Assembly (NCBI GenBank): GCA_020632095.1
Contig: JACKGF010000001.1
Coordinates: 6,549-70,548 of the forward strand
Reading direction: 5' to 3'
Length of the DNA: 64,000 nucleotides
Source of the DNA: Candidatus Nomurabacteria bacterium
GTDB taxonomy: Bacteria; Patescibacteriota; Minisyncoccia; Phycocordibacterales; UBA918
The notes under the pieces are model-generated. The model made no database searches and was not told where the DNA came from. It saw only the letters and a program-made list of their open reading frames with translations. This document shows, one piece after another, positions 1 through 8,662 of the stretch. Numbering within the stretch: position 1 is the first letter of the stretch; the number at the start of each line of letters is the position of its first letter. Made by a program: the position numbers and the translations under genes.

Positions 1-38
1 CACTGTTTGCCTTTACTGCCGGTAAGGATCCGACTGTA

Positions 39-377
39 GTGTGTCTTGGTGAAGCAGTCGCTAAGCGCTGTAATGATAGTAAAACAGAGATACAGAAAGA
101 TGGTTTGCTGGCTGGTTTTGTCTATGTGATTGAACGTCCAGATAAAGTTTGTAGCGTCGGTTTATCGACTGAATCTTCGGAGGTGGTGTCACTATGTAGT
201 ATTGAAAAAATTATGAATAGTAACGTTGAAAAGAAAAAGAATTTTACAGAATGGCAGAAAGTCTTTAAGGCAGAACCAGGTACTACTTTTGCATCAATGT
301 ATTTTGATAATTCAAGTAAGTTATCTGACCCAGCGCTAGCTAGTCAGTTTGATTGTCAAACATTCAAGTTTGAGTAA
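39..377 (+). CDS. hypothetical protein, possibly a T5orf172/GIY-YIG-like fragment
   Basis: ORF from the six-frame track. The motif GFVYVIERPD...VGLS is weakly reminiscent of T5orf172/MUG113-type domains, but no secure family assignment is possible. Confidence 0.3.
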   Translation: MCLGEAVAKRCNDSKTEIQKDGLLAGFVYVIERPDKVCSVGLSTESSEVVSLCSIEKIMNSNVEKKKNFTEWQKVFKAEPGTTFASMYFDNSSKLSDPALASQFDCQTFKFE

Positions 378-756
378 GTACATTTATAAATAAAAGAAAA
401 GTCACCTCAAAGAGATGACCTTGACTTCGGTGATACAAAAGTCATTTGTGGCGTTTGTGGCGTTCGGCGTTTGTTTTACGAAAAGGAAACTCACCTTCAC
501 TTATTGTCCTGTGAATCACTGGTGGGGCTTCATTATCAATACCGTGCGGAATTACAACAAACGGAGCATCCTTGCTCCCTTTGCTTCCTTTGCTATCTTG
601 AGATTCGTCGCACAAAACTTCAGGGTTTTGAGGATTATACACAGTTTTTTCTCCTGGTTGGTTTAGATGGAAGAAAATCCATCTTGGGCATAAATTAATA
701 CCATATACATAAAATGTCAAATTATTATGACGAATAATCTGTGTTATAAATCCCCA

Positions 757-946
757 TATTCCCCGCGGCTCTGCCGCGGGGTCTCCGCTTCGGAAAGTTT
801 GAAAACCTAAGGTTTTCAACTAAACTAAGAGTATGAGCATTGTCAAAAGTAACCACTGCGTGTTCGATACCCACTACCACATAGTCTTTCCTGTGAAATA
901 CCGTAAAGCACTGTTAGAACCACCTATTACCAGGGCAAGTTGTTAA
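757..946 (+). mobile_element. IS200/IS605-family insertion-sequence remnant, with left-end hairpins and a truncated tnpA
   Basis: Two tandem perfect hairpins, CCCCGCGGC-tctg-GCCGCGGGG at 761-781 and GTTTGAAAACC-taa-GGTTTTCAAC at 797-820, lie immediately upstream of a 37-codon ORF. That ORF's product, MSIVKSNHCVFDTHYHIVFPVKYRKALL..., matches the conserved N-terminus of Y1 HuH TnpA transposases (compare ISHp608 ...YKSNHNVVYSCKYHIVWCPKYRRKVL). The rest of the element is absent. Confidence 0.55.
833..946 (+). pseudogene. tnpA: truncated IS200/IS605 tnpA (Y1 transposase), N-terminal 28 aa only
   Basis: The ORF 833..946 encodes MSIVKSNHCVFDTHYHIVFPVKYRKALLEPPITRASC*. The HYHIVF.PKYR block is the hallmark start of IS200-type TnpA. 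A full TnpA is about 130-150 aa, so this is a remnant. Confidence 0.5.
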
Positions 947-977
947 TTTTCCTGCAGTCCACTCCGGTGGGCTATTT

Positions 978-1379
978 TTAGGTGTGCATGGCTAAGCGGA
1001 CTTTATTAATGACTTCTTTAGGGGAGGTGTTGGCTTTTACTATGTACTCCTCGGTACCTTGTTCGATGGCGTGTACAACATTTTCGGCGTCGCTAAGGTT
1101 GGTTAGGTAAACAATCTTGGCAGTTTTACCCCATTCGTCGAGTCTAATTTTACTCACAGCTTCGTGACCATTCATTTCTGGCATCATTATGTCGACTAAT
1201 ATTGCGTCTGGGTGGTGTTTAAGAGCTTGCTCCACACACCCAATTCCGTCGGAAGCTGTCAGGACCTTAATTCCACTGGCTGTAAAAGCATCGAGATATA
1301 AATTTCGAATTGACTTGTCGTCGTCAGCAATAAGTACAGTTGTTTCAATCATATAATAAAGAATATCATGAATAGACAA
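978..1379 (-). CDS. single-domain response regulator (CheY-like receiver)
   Basis: 133 aa. Acidic pocket DDD near the N-terminus, a phospho-acceptor Asp in ILVDIMMPEMNG, and a conserved Lys in EYIVKA. There is no output domain. Confidence 0.8.
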   Translation of the reverse strand: MSIHDILYYMIETTVLIADDDKSIRNLYLDAFTASGIKVLTASDGIGCVEQALKHHPDAILVDIMMPEMNGHEAVSKIRLDEWGKTAKIVYLTNLSDAENVVHAIEQGTEEYIVKANTSPKEVINKVRLAMHT

Positions 1380-1463
1380 AAATTTAACTCTGAGCGAATA
1401 ATATTAGTGATTAAGTTTTTGGACCCAAGTTTCAAATCTTATAAATATAATTAAACCAAGTGC

Positions 1464-1493
1464 GAAACTAGTACAGTTAACTGTACTAGTTTC
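1464..1493. promoter_or_regulatory. perfect 30-bp palindrome (candidate operator) in the divergent intergenic region
   Basis: GAAACTAGTACAGTT|AACTGTACTAGTTTC is a perfect inverted repeat. It lies between the divergently transcribed response-regulator and GGDEF genes. Confidence 0.35.
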
Positions 1494-1641
1494 GGGAAGT
1501 GTTTTAAGGTTGAGTTAATGGGGGGTGGGGAGCTATCATAGGAAATTTTATGGAATATAGATTGACTTTTGTCAATTTTGGGTATATAATTTGGGTATAG
1601 ATTTTGTACAAATTTGTAATTAAACTTACGGAGGTATCTCG

Positions 1642-2292
1642 GTGGAATATATTTTTGGTCTTGATGGGAACTCTTTATGGGCAGCTCTTGTCGTTTGTGT
1701 CGCTCTTCTCTTTGGAGAAAGGAGGGTCAATATACAGAAAAATGACAATGCCCTGCTTCAAGCGGATCTGGTGAAAGCTGTGGAGCTTTCATGCCGAGAT
1801 CAATTGACGAAGTTGTTGAATCGGCGCGGTCTTGAGGAGTGGCTCATAAAGATAGTCACCGATGCAAAACGGAAGGATGAGACGTTTTGTTTTGTCTTAC
1901 TGGATATCGATCACTTCAAGAGAATTAACGACACTTACGGGCACGACGCTGGTGACATGGTCCTGGTGGCACTGGCTGACTTAATTCGCGGCGGTGTACT
2001 ACGGACCGGTGATGTCAGAGTCAGGTGGGGCGGTGAGGAACTTCTCATCGTGATGCCTAGTACAAATGCACGGACAGCGGTTGCTGTAGTGGAACGACTT
2101 CGTCAAGTCATTGAAAGTTTGAGACTGGAGGTTCTTAAGGGAGAAAAAGTCACTGTTAGCGCTGGGGTGGCAGAATATCGTCCTGACGAGGAACCTTCAA
2201 AGACTATAAGTCGTGCCGATGCGGCTTTGTACGAGGCCAAGGCAGCAGGTCGCAACCAAGTTGTTGTTGCAGAACAAACGCTCACCGAGTGA
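1642..2292 (+). CDS. membrane-anchored GGDEF-domain diguanylate cyclase (GGEEL variant)
   Basis: GTG start at 1642 preceded by GGAGG at 1630-1634. N-terminal TM helix. GGDEF-domain blocks LLNRRGLEEWL, LLDIDHFKRINDTYGH, RWGGEELLIVMP (a GGEEL active-site variant) and RADAALYEAKAAGRN. Confidence 0.85.
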   Translation: MEYIFGLDGNSLWAALVVCVALLFGERRVNIQKNDNALLQADLVKAVELSCRDQLTKLLNRRGLEEWLIKIVTDAKRKDETFCFVLLDIDHFKRINDTYGHDAGDMVLVALADLIRGGVLRTGDVRVRWGGEELLIVMPSTNARTAVAVVERLRQVIESLRLEVLKGEKVTVSAGVAEYRPDEEPSKTISRADAALYEAKAAGRNQVVVAEQTLTE

Positions 2293-2419
2293 TTGGTGGA
2301 TTACAAACGAGTTTAGAGCCGCTTCCTTTTGACAGGGGAGCGGCTCAAGTTTATTTATAGCTAGACACGAAAAGTAATTCAGTTTGCGGGTAAAAATCGG
2401 CTGAAAAAATTTTAATACT

Positions 2420-2815
2420 GTGGTATATATGGAGTATATGGGACAATTAGAACAATTTACAGGAGCTCCAAAATCAGAGGTTAATGAAAGTGAAGTATTC
2501 TTAGGGAAAATGCACGCCCAGGAAAAATTAGTTGTGGAAATGGCTCCAACTAATGTTAGTACAAGTGAATCAGGTACTTCAGCTGAAGTTAATGAGGAAT
2601 TTCAGGCGGTTGTAATTGAGTGGGTGGGTAAGTATGCAGAATTGTTTTCTAAGATTTGGAGTGAATGTCTCCAGGATGAAAAATTCTTAACTCGAGCTAA
2701 GTCAGATACTCTGACTGATGAAGACGTAGAAAAATTACACCAGTTGCTGGTTGAGAGATCTCAACAAACTACAGGCGGGCAAACTGACACAAAACCCACT
2801 GAAACGCTTCACTAA
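2420..2815 (+). CDS. hypothetical acidic protein
   Basis: 131-aa ORF with no recognisable motif. Confidence 0.4.
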   Translation: MVYMEYMGQLEQFTGAPKSEVNESEVFLGKMHAQEKLVVEMAPTNVSTSESGTSAEVNEEFQAVVIEWVGKYAELFSKIWSECLQDEKFLTRAKSDTLTDEDVEKLHQLLVERSQQTTGGQTDTKPTETLH

Positions 2816-2887
2816 TTTTTTGGTTTAACTGGTAATTTTCCTGCGAAAAAATGATTGTTGTGCTATGGTATAGGGGTAAATATACCT

Positions 2888-4681
2888 ATGATTGAAAGAC
2901 TATTGGAGACTATTAAGGGAGATATTGCTGAATTTTTAACTGCTAAGGGGGCGGAGGTTGATTTGGTGCAGATTGAGCGGGCGACTGATGCGGCCTTTGG
3001 GGAGTATTCGACCAACTCGGCGATGAAATACGCTAAGGAATTGGGACAGAATCCTTTGTTTTTGGCGGAGGAATTGGTGGAGTTTTTAAATAGTAAAAAT
3101 TATCCCGAACTGGAAAAAATTGAATTTGTTAAGCCGGGGTTTGTAAATTTCTTTCTCACACCAGCGGTGAAATTTGCTCACGTTCAATCCGTGATTGCTC
3201 AAGGGGATGAGTTCGGCCGTAGTAACATTCTGGCTGGTCAAAAATGGGTGATTGAACACACTTCACCTAACCCAAATAAGGCGATGCATATTGGACATTT
3301 GCGTTTGAATCTAATCGGCATGGGAATTGTGAGGTTGACCAAGTGGGCGGGGGCTGAGGTGGTGGCTGACGCGGTTTATAATGATCGTGGGATTGCTATC
3401 GCTAAGGCGATGTATGGCTTTTTGGCTCATATGCGTAAGTCTGAAGCTGTGCTGATTGATATTGCCCATTTTGTATCGACTCCGACCGATTGGTATACTC
3501 CGGAAGAAAAAAATCAGAAGCCAGATTATTTTGTGACTGATTGTTATGTGAAAGCGGAAGAGGATTTTAAAAATAATCCTGAAATTGAGAGTCTGGTCAG
3601 ACAAATGGTGGTTGATTGGGAGGCTAAGGATGAAAATATCTGGAAGTTGTGGCGGCACATATTGCAGTATGCGTACATTGGTGCGGAGCGCGTGTTGGCT
3701 CGGCTGGGTAGTCATTGGGATAAGGTTTGGTACGAGCATGAGCATTACCAAAAAGGCAAGGATTACGTGGAACAAGGACTAGCTTCCGGTGTTTTCAAAA
3801 AGCTTGAAGACGGGGCGGTCTTAACTGATTTGGAAGAAGTTTATAACATTCCGGACACAATTCTTTTAAAGAAAGATGGTACTTCTTTGTATATCACGCA
3901 AGACATTGCCCTGACTGATTTAAAGAAAAAAACCTACGACGCCGATAAGTTGGTGTGGGTGGTTGGTCCTGAGCAGTCGCTCGCTATGAAGCAATTGTTT
4001 GCGGTCTGTGAACAATTAGGAATTGGTAAGCTGTCTGATTTTACCCATGTCTCCTACGGTAAAGTTGGCCTAAAGAACAAAGCTGGTGAAGCGGTGAAAA
4101 TGTCTTCACGTGACGGAACGGCTATTTTGATTGATGATTTAATTGATGAAGTAAGAGATACTATCAAAGCTCGGTTTGATGCAGAGGAAAGGCATCCAGC
4201 AGAATTGCGAGCTGAATTGTCGGAGAAGTTGGCCCTGGCGGCGGTTAAATTTAGTTTTCTAAAATCTGACAAAAATCAGGACATGTCTTTTGATGTTGAG
4301 CAGTCTGTCGATGTACAGGGTGATTCTGGGTTGTATGTGATGTATACTTACGTGAGAACTCAGTCGATAGGGCGTAAGGCGGCCGGTACTAGTCGGGCAG
4401 ATATTATCGTACCGGCCGCCGCTGGCACCGAAGCTTCACTGGTTCGCAGTTTGCTCTACTTCAATGAAGTGATGGCTAAGTCTGTAGCTGACCTTTCGGT
4501 GCATCATGTGGCTCAGTACTTGCTGGAAATAAGTTCAGAGTTTAATAGTTGGTACGCCAAGGAGACTATACTTGATGGTTCACCAGCTGAGTCCTACAGG
4601 TTGGCGATAGTTCAAGCAACTGGTATTTGCCTAAAGAACGGTTTGGCTATCTTAGGGATTGAGACAGTTGATGAGATGTAG
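2888..4681 (+). CDS. argS: arginine--tRNA ligase
   Basis: Class-I HIGH motif in PNPNKAMHIGHLR, KMSSRDG in place of KMSKS, and a C-terminal DALR anticodon-binding region. The start is placed at ATG 2888 (MIERLLE...), 11 nt after AGGGG. The track ORF begins at an upstream TTG at 2855. Confidence 0.9.
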   Translation: MIERLLETIKGDIAEFLTAKGAEVDLVQIERATDAAFGEYSTNSAMKYAKELGQNPLFLAEELVEFLNSKNYPELEKIEFVKPGFVNFFLTPAVKFAHVQSVIAQGDEFGRSNILAGQKWVIEHTSPNPNKAMHIGHLRLNLIGMGIVRLTKWAGAEVVADAVYNDRGIAIAKAMYGFLAHMRKSEAVLIDIAHFVSTPTDWYTPEEKNQKPDYFVTDCYVKAEEDFKNNPEIESLVRQMVVDWEAKDENIWKLWRHILQYAYIGAERVLARLGSHWDKVWYEHEHYQKGKDYVEQGLASGVFKKLEDGAVLTDLEEVYNIPDTILLKKDGTSLYITQDIALTDLKKKTYDADKLVWVVGPEQSLAMKQLFAVCEQLGIGKLSDFTHVSYGKVGLKNKAGEAVKMSSRDGTAILIDDLIDEVRDTIKARFDAEERHPAELRAELSEKLALAAVKFSFLKSDKNQDMSFDVEQSVDVQGDSGLYVMYTYVRTQSIGRKAAGTSRADIIVPAAAGTEASLVRSLLYFNEVMAKSVADLSVHHVAQYLLEISSEFNSWYAKETILDGSPAESYRLAIVQATGICLKNGLAILGIETVDEM

Positions 4682-4687
4682 AATTTT

Positions 4688-5710
4688 ATGACTGTGTCTA
4701 CTGCCACCAATAATAATCTACTTAAAGGCCGAGTGACTGAGGCTCATCGGACCAACTTCACAGTGACAATGGCCGAAGGTAATGAAGTGACGGCGACTGT
4801 GCGTGGGGTATTTCATGCTGATAAGGATTTTCCTAAGGTTGGAGACTATGTTTTGTTGACCTTACTTGAAGATGAGAAGGCAGTTATTGAAGAGATTTTG
4901 CCCCGCCAGAGCGTTATTAAGCGTCGAGCAGCTGATAGTGATGAAGAGCAAATTATCGCTACCAATGTCGATTTGATATTTGTAGTGATGGGGTTAGATA
5001 GTGATTTTAATATTAGTCGCTTGGAGCGTTATTTATTGTTAGCGAAACAGAGTGATATTAAGGTGGTTGTGTTATTGAATAAATCAGACGTGGTAGATGA
5101 TACAGAGTCATGTCTGCAGGAGGTGAAACAAGTAACAGGAGAGGTTTCGGTGCATCTAGTGTCAGCCAAGGAAGGGGCTGGTATGCCGACAGTTGCTGAT
5201 TATTTTACTCCCGATACAACAGCGGTTTTGCTCGGTTCGTCGGGAGCGGGGAAGTCGACGATTACGAATTGGCTATTGCAGTCAGAGAGACAAGCGGTGA
5301 ATGAGCTTAGAGAAACGGATGGGCGAGGTAGACATACTACCACCTCACGGCAACTATTTGCTATTCCACACGGAGGGTATCTGATTGACACCCCTGGTAT
5401 GCGTGAGCTTGGCGTGCTGGACAGCGATACTGAAGACGAGTTGGCGGTGTTTGAAAGAATTGAAAGCTTTATGTCTGAGTGCCAATTTAGCAACTGTGAC
5501 CACACTAAGAGCCAAGGGTGTGCTGTATTGGCTGCTCTCAAGGACGGTCTATTAACAGAACGTGAACTGCAAAACTACCATAAAATTCTCCAAGAACGCG
5601 CCTTCCAAGAGAGCAAAGAAAGCACTACCGCCGCTCGCCACTTCAAACAAAACCAAAAACGCCTGCACCAAAAATACTCAGCTATCCAGAGGCAGAAGTA
5701 TAGTCGGTAG
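4688..5710 (+). CDS. rsgA: ribosome small-subunit biogenesis GTPase RsgA (YjeQ)
   Basis: Circularly permuted GTPase order: G4 (LLNKSDV) comes before G1 (GSSGAGKSTI) and G3 (DTPG). There is a C-terminal zinc finger, CQFSNCDHTKSQGC. Confidence 0.85.
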   Translation: MTVSTATNNNLLKGRVTEAHRTNFTVTMAEGNEVTATVRGVFHADKDFPKVGDYVLLTLLEDEKAVIEEILPRQSVIKRRAADSDEEQIIATNVDLIFVVMGLDSDFNISRLERYLLLAKQSDIKVVVLLNKSDVVDDTESCLQEVKQVTGEVSVHLVSAKEGAGMPTVADYFTPDTTAVLLGSSGAGKSTITNWLLQSERQAVNELRETDGRGRHTTTSRQLFAIPHGGYLIDTPGMRELGVLDSDTEDELAVFERIESFMSECQFSNCDHTKSQGCAVLAALKDGLLTERELQNYHKILQERAFQESKESTTAARHFKQNQKRLHQKYSAIQRQKYSR

Positions 5711-5756
5711 AACATTAGGTTTAATAGGGTAACTTAAGTAAAAAGTTTATATCTCA

Positions 5757-5827
5757 CTAAGCCGGTCTTAGGGAGAATCCTGATTAATAAATTTTATACC
5801 CGACCCTAAGACCGGCTTAGGGAGAAT
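5757..5827. repeat. two direct copies of a 22-bp palindromic element, CTAAG-N-CCGG-N-CTTAGGGAGAAT
   Basis: One copy at 5757-5778 (ctaagccggtcttagggagaat) and one at 5805-5826 (ctaagaccggcttagggagaat). Each forms a CTAAG..CTTAG hairpin around CCGG followed by GGGAGAAT. A third diverged copy is at 36529-36550. Confidence 0.5.
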
Positions 5828-5840
5828 TTGTATTTTGTAT

Positions 5841-5876
5841 AAAAAAGCCGCTGGTGTAGCGGCCTAATTTTTATAC
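5841..5876 (+). terminator. rho-independent terminator downstream of rsgA
   Basis: A-run, then GCCGCT-ggtgt-AGCGGC, then CTAATTTTTAT. Confidence 0.5.
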
Positions 5877-5909
5877 TCTATCTCGGCTGGTGATTTTTTA
5901 ATATGTTAG

Positions 5910-6257
5910 TTAACCTAAATAACTTTGCTTTATTCTAATTGGTTTAACTGCAGAATGTAACTCGGTAACAGTGTGATAGTGTCTGGTCGGAGGGCCAGAC
6001 AGTACCGGGTATACCCTGCCTGGTCTAATGTTCTTGGCGACCTCGGTCGTTTCTTCTACTCTGCTACTAAGTTTGCGAACATCTTTTATCAACCCACTAA
6101 CTGAAGTTGATAAGCTACCGACATTGGTTCGTATTTCACCGACATTGGTTCGTACTTCACCGGCAGAAGTTCGTAACTCACGTACAGCGGTACTTATAGG
6201 ACCAAAATATTCTGCAAATAATGTTTCGATCTGTTCAAGGGTAACTTCCTCAGTCAT
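5910..6257 (-). CDS. hypothetical protein with a tandem 7-aa repeat
   Basis: 115 aa. The DNA carries 21-bp tandem repeats at about 6118-6180 that encode RTNVGEIRTNVG / RTSAGEV. No known domain. Confidence 0.45.
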   Translation of the reverse strand: MTEEVTLEQIETLFAEYFGPISTAVRELRTSAGEVRTNVGEIRTNVGSLSTSVSGLIKDVRKLSSRVEETTEVAKNIRPGRVYPVLSGPPTRHYHTVTELHSAVKPIRIKQSYLG

Positions 6258-6468
6258 ATTTTTCTCCTTTACCTGTATTTGAGTTGTTTGGACTCAGTAA
6301 CTCATTTTTTTAAAAAAACTACTCCTCCTGAGTAAGGTAAATATTGCTATGGATTAATTTACCGCTCCTCAGGATTACTGTATTGCATAATACTATTTCA
6401 GGAGCATATATCAAGGAAGGAGAGTGGTTGCAAAATATTTGAATAAATACTGAGATGTAGAGTATAAT

Positions 6469-7779
6469 TTGTTGATTATGCGTAGAAATATTGTGCATCC
6501 GGGGGCTAGTGAGCTGACTTATGAGATAAGGGAAATTGTGGCGGTGGGGGAGCGGCTGAAGACACTGGGCGTGCCGGTTTATTGGGAAAATATCGGCGAC
6601 CCAATTGCGAAAGGGAGGCAAATGCCACAGTGGATCAAGGATATTGTGGCGGATTTAGTCGCCAACGATGACTCTTCTTGGGGTTATTCGCCGACTAAGG
6701 GAATTTTGGCCACGCGGCAGTTTATCGCCAATGAACGCAATGCAGAGGGTGGGGTGCAAATTACGCCAGACGACATCCTATTCTTTAATGGGCTGGGTGA
6801 TGCGATTCAAACTACATTCATGTATCTTCATTCGTCTGCTCGGGTGCTAGGCCCAAGTCCGGCTTACCCAGCGCATAGTTCGGCCGAGGGAGCGCACGCT
6901 AAAAGTGAACATCTTACCTACGATCTACTGCCCGAAAATGGTTGGTTGCCTGATCTCGAAGATTTGCGCAACAAGGTCAAATACAATCCAAATATTGCCG
7001 GAATTCTGATTATTAACCCTGATAATCCAACCGGTACCGTTTATCCGGAAGAGACCCTGCGCGGGATGATAGATATTGCACGTGAGTTTGACTTGTTTGT
7101 GATTAGTGACGAAATTTATTCTAGAATTACTTACGGAGAGACCAAAATGGTGCCTTTGTCGGCAGTTCTGGGTGATGTGCCAGGGATGGCGATGAAGGGC
7201 TTGTCGAAGGAAATTCCTTGGCCAGGGAGTCGCTGTGGTTGGGTGGAATTTTACAATAAAAATGTTGATAGTAATTTCGCCAAGTTTGCGAAGTCGCTGG
7301 TAGACGCTAAACAGCTTGAAGTGTGTTCTACTACGCTGCCCCAAAAAGCTTTACCAAGGATTTTTGCTCATTCAAACTATCAAGCACATTTGGCTGGAGT
7401 AGCTGACGAGTACGCAGGTAAGGCAGATTTTTTGGCTGATGCCTTTGCCGACATAGATGGTTTAACTTTAGTGAAACCGCAAGGCGCCTTCTATGCTTCG
7501 CCGACTTTTGATGCTGGTAAGTTACGAAATGACCAGACTTTACCAATCGCGGATGAAGCGGTGCGTGCTTACATTGAAGAAATAGTCACCAATGTACCAA
7601 ACGACAAACGATTTGTTTATTATCTACTTGGTGCGACCGGTATCTGTGTCGTGCCACTGTCTGGCATGAATAGTCGTCTAGAAGGCTTCCGAATGACCCT
7701 TCTTGAACCAGATGAAGAAGTTTTTGCCGATATAGTAGAGCGATTAGCTACAGCGATAAAGGAATATTTAGAGAGTTAA
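6469..7779 (+). CDS. PLP-dependent aminotransferase, class I/II (AlaA-like)
   Basis: Typical fold-type-I aminotransferase blocks, including the PLP-lysine context GLSKEIPWPGSRCGW (SxSK.....G.R.G) and IINPDNPTG. Confidence 0.8.
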   Translation: MLIMRRNIVHPGASELTYEIREIVAVGERLKTLGVPVYWENIGDPIAKGRQMPQWIKDIVADLVANDDSSWGYSPTKGILATRQFIANERNAEGGVQITPDDILFFNGLGDAIQTTFMYLHSSARVLGPSPAYPAHSSAEGAHAKSEHLTYDLLPENGWLPDLEDLRNKVKYNPNIAGILIINPDNPTGTVYPEETLRGMIDIAREFDLFVISDEIYSRITYGETKMVPLSAVLGDVPGMAMKGLSKEIPWPGSRCGWVEFYNKNVDSNFAKFAKSLVDAKQLEVCSTTLPQKALPRIFAHSNYQAHLAGVADEYAGKADFLADAFADIDGLTLVKPQGAFYASPTFDAGKLRNDQTLPIADEAVRAYIEEIVTNVPNDKRFVYYLLGATGICVVPLSGMNSRLEGFRMTLLEPDEEVFADIVERLATAIKEYLES

Positions 7780-7808
7780 ATGTAACACTCACTGTCTATA
7801 AAGTAGAG

Positions 7809-8660
7809 TTGAGGGTGATGAATGTGTATAATAGTGACACAAAAAGAAAATTTGATCGTAATATAAAACATATGCAAGAAGACAAAAACACCGAACTGCG
7901 AGAAGAAAGAGTTGAGAGTCGAACCGTTACGCCGTCTCAGTCAAGCTCACTACTAAAAGATCTAATGATACCGATTTCAATTGTAATTGCGGGTATTTTT
8001 GTAGCTGGAGGATTGTACTTTAGTGGATCACCAGTTTCAAAGCCGGTAGCTGGTAATCCAAATCAGCCAGCAGCTGAGGTTGATAATACAAATAAAGTTA
8101 AAGAGGTTACGGCTGATGATCACATAAAAGGAAGTATAGATGCTCCGATTAAGATTGTAGCTTATTCAGATTTTGAGTGTCCGTTTTGTAAGAGGTACCA
8201 TGAAACTATGACTAGTATCATGAAAAAGTATGGCGATAGTGGTGAAGTAGCGTTTATTTTTAGACAATTTCCACTTGATGCTCTTCACCCTGTGAAGGCG
8301 AGGGCAGTGGCAGTAGCTTCTGAGTGTGCTAATGAATTGGGTGGAAATAACACATTTTGGAAATTTGCTGACCGTTACTTTGAGTTAACTTTGACTAATA
8401 ATCAAACAGACATTGAGAAAGTGATTCCCCAAATTGTAACCGAGATTGGTCTGGATAAAACCGCCTTTACTAGTTGTTTTAGTAGTGATAGACATAATGC
8501 AAGAATTGAGGCTGATACAGCCAATGCTGCTGAAACTGGAGGTCGAGGAACACCGTGGAGTATTTTGATTGGTCCATCAGGTAAGACTTACCCAATCAAT
8601 GGTGCTCTACCACAAGCTTCGATTGAACAAATGATAGAAGTAGCTAAGAAGGAAGCTTAA
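7809..8660 (+). CDS. membrane-anchored DsbA-like thiol-disulfide oxidoreductase (CPFC)
   Basis: One N-terminal TM helix, then a thioredoxin/DsbA fold with the active site FECPFCKRYH. Confidence 0.7.
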   Translation: MRVMNVYNSDTKRKFDRNIKHMQEDKNTELREERVESRTVTPSQSSSLLKDLMIPISIVIAGIFVAGGLYFSGSPVSKPVAGNPNQPAAEVDNTNKVKEVTADDHIKGSIDAPIKIVAYSDFECPFCKRYHETMTSIMKKYGDSGEVAFIFRQFPLDALHPVKARAVAVASECANELGGNNTFWKFADRYFELTLTNNQTDIEKVIPQIVTEIGLDKTAFTSCFSSDRHNARIEADTANAAETGGRGTPWSILIGPSGKTYPINGALPQASIEQMIEVAKKEA

Positions 8661-8662
8661 AC

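Noticed and set aside
442-819. 125-aa minus-strand ORF overlapping the IS200-like hairpins
   Set aside because: Its N-terminal third is encoded by the GC-rich hairpin region itself. The ORF has low-complexity KGSKGSK content and no motif, and it overlaps two other equally long ORFs in other frames (415..666, 471..698). It is most likely non-coding.
3311-3775. Long antisense ORFs inside argS (3311..3775 -), rsgA (5200..5541 -), the aminotransferase gene, the P-type ATPase gene and groEL
   Set aside because: They are fully embedded opposite genes with strong family motifs and have no motifs of their own. They are typical shadow ORFs.
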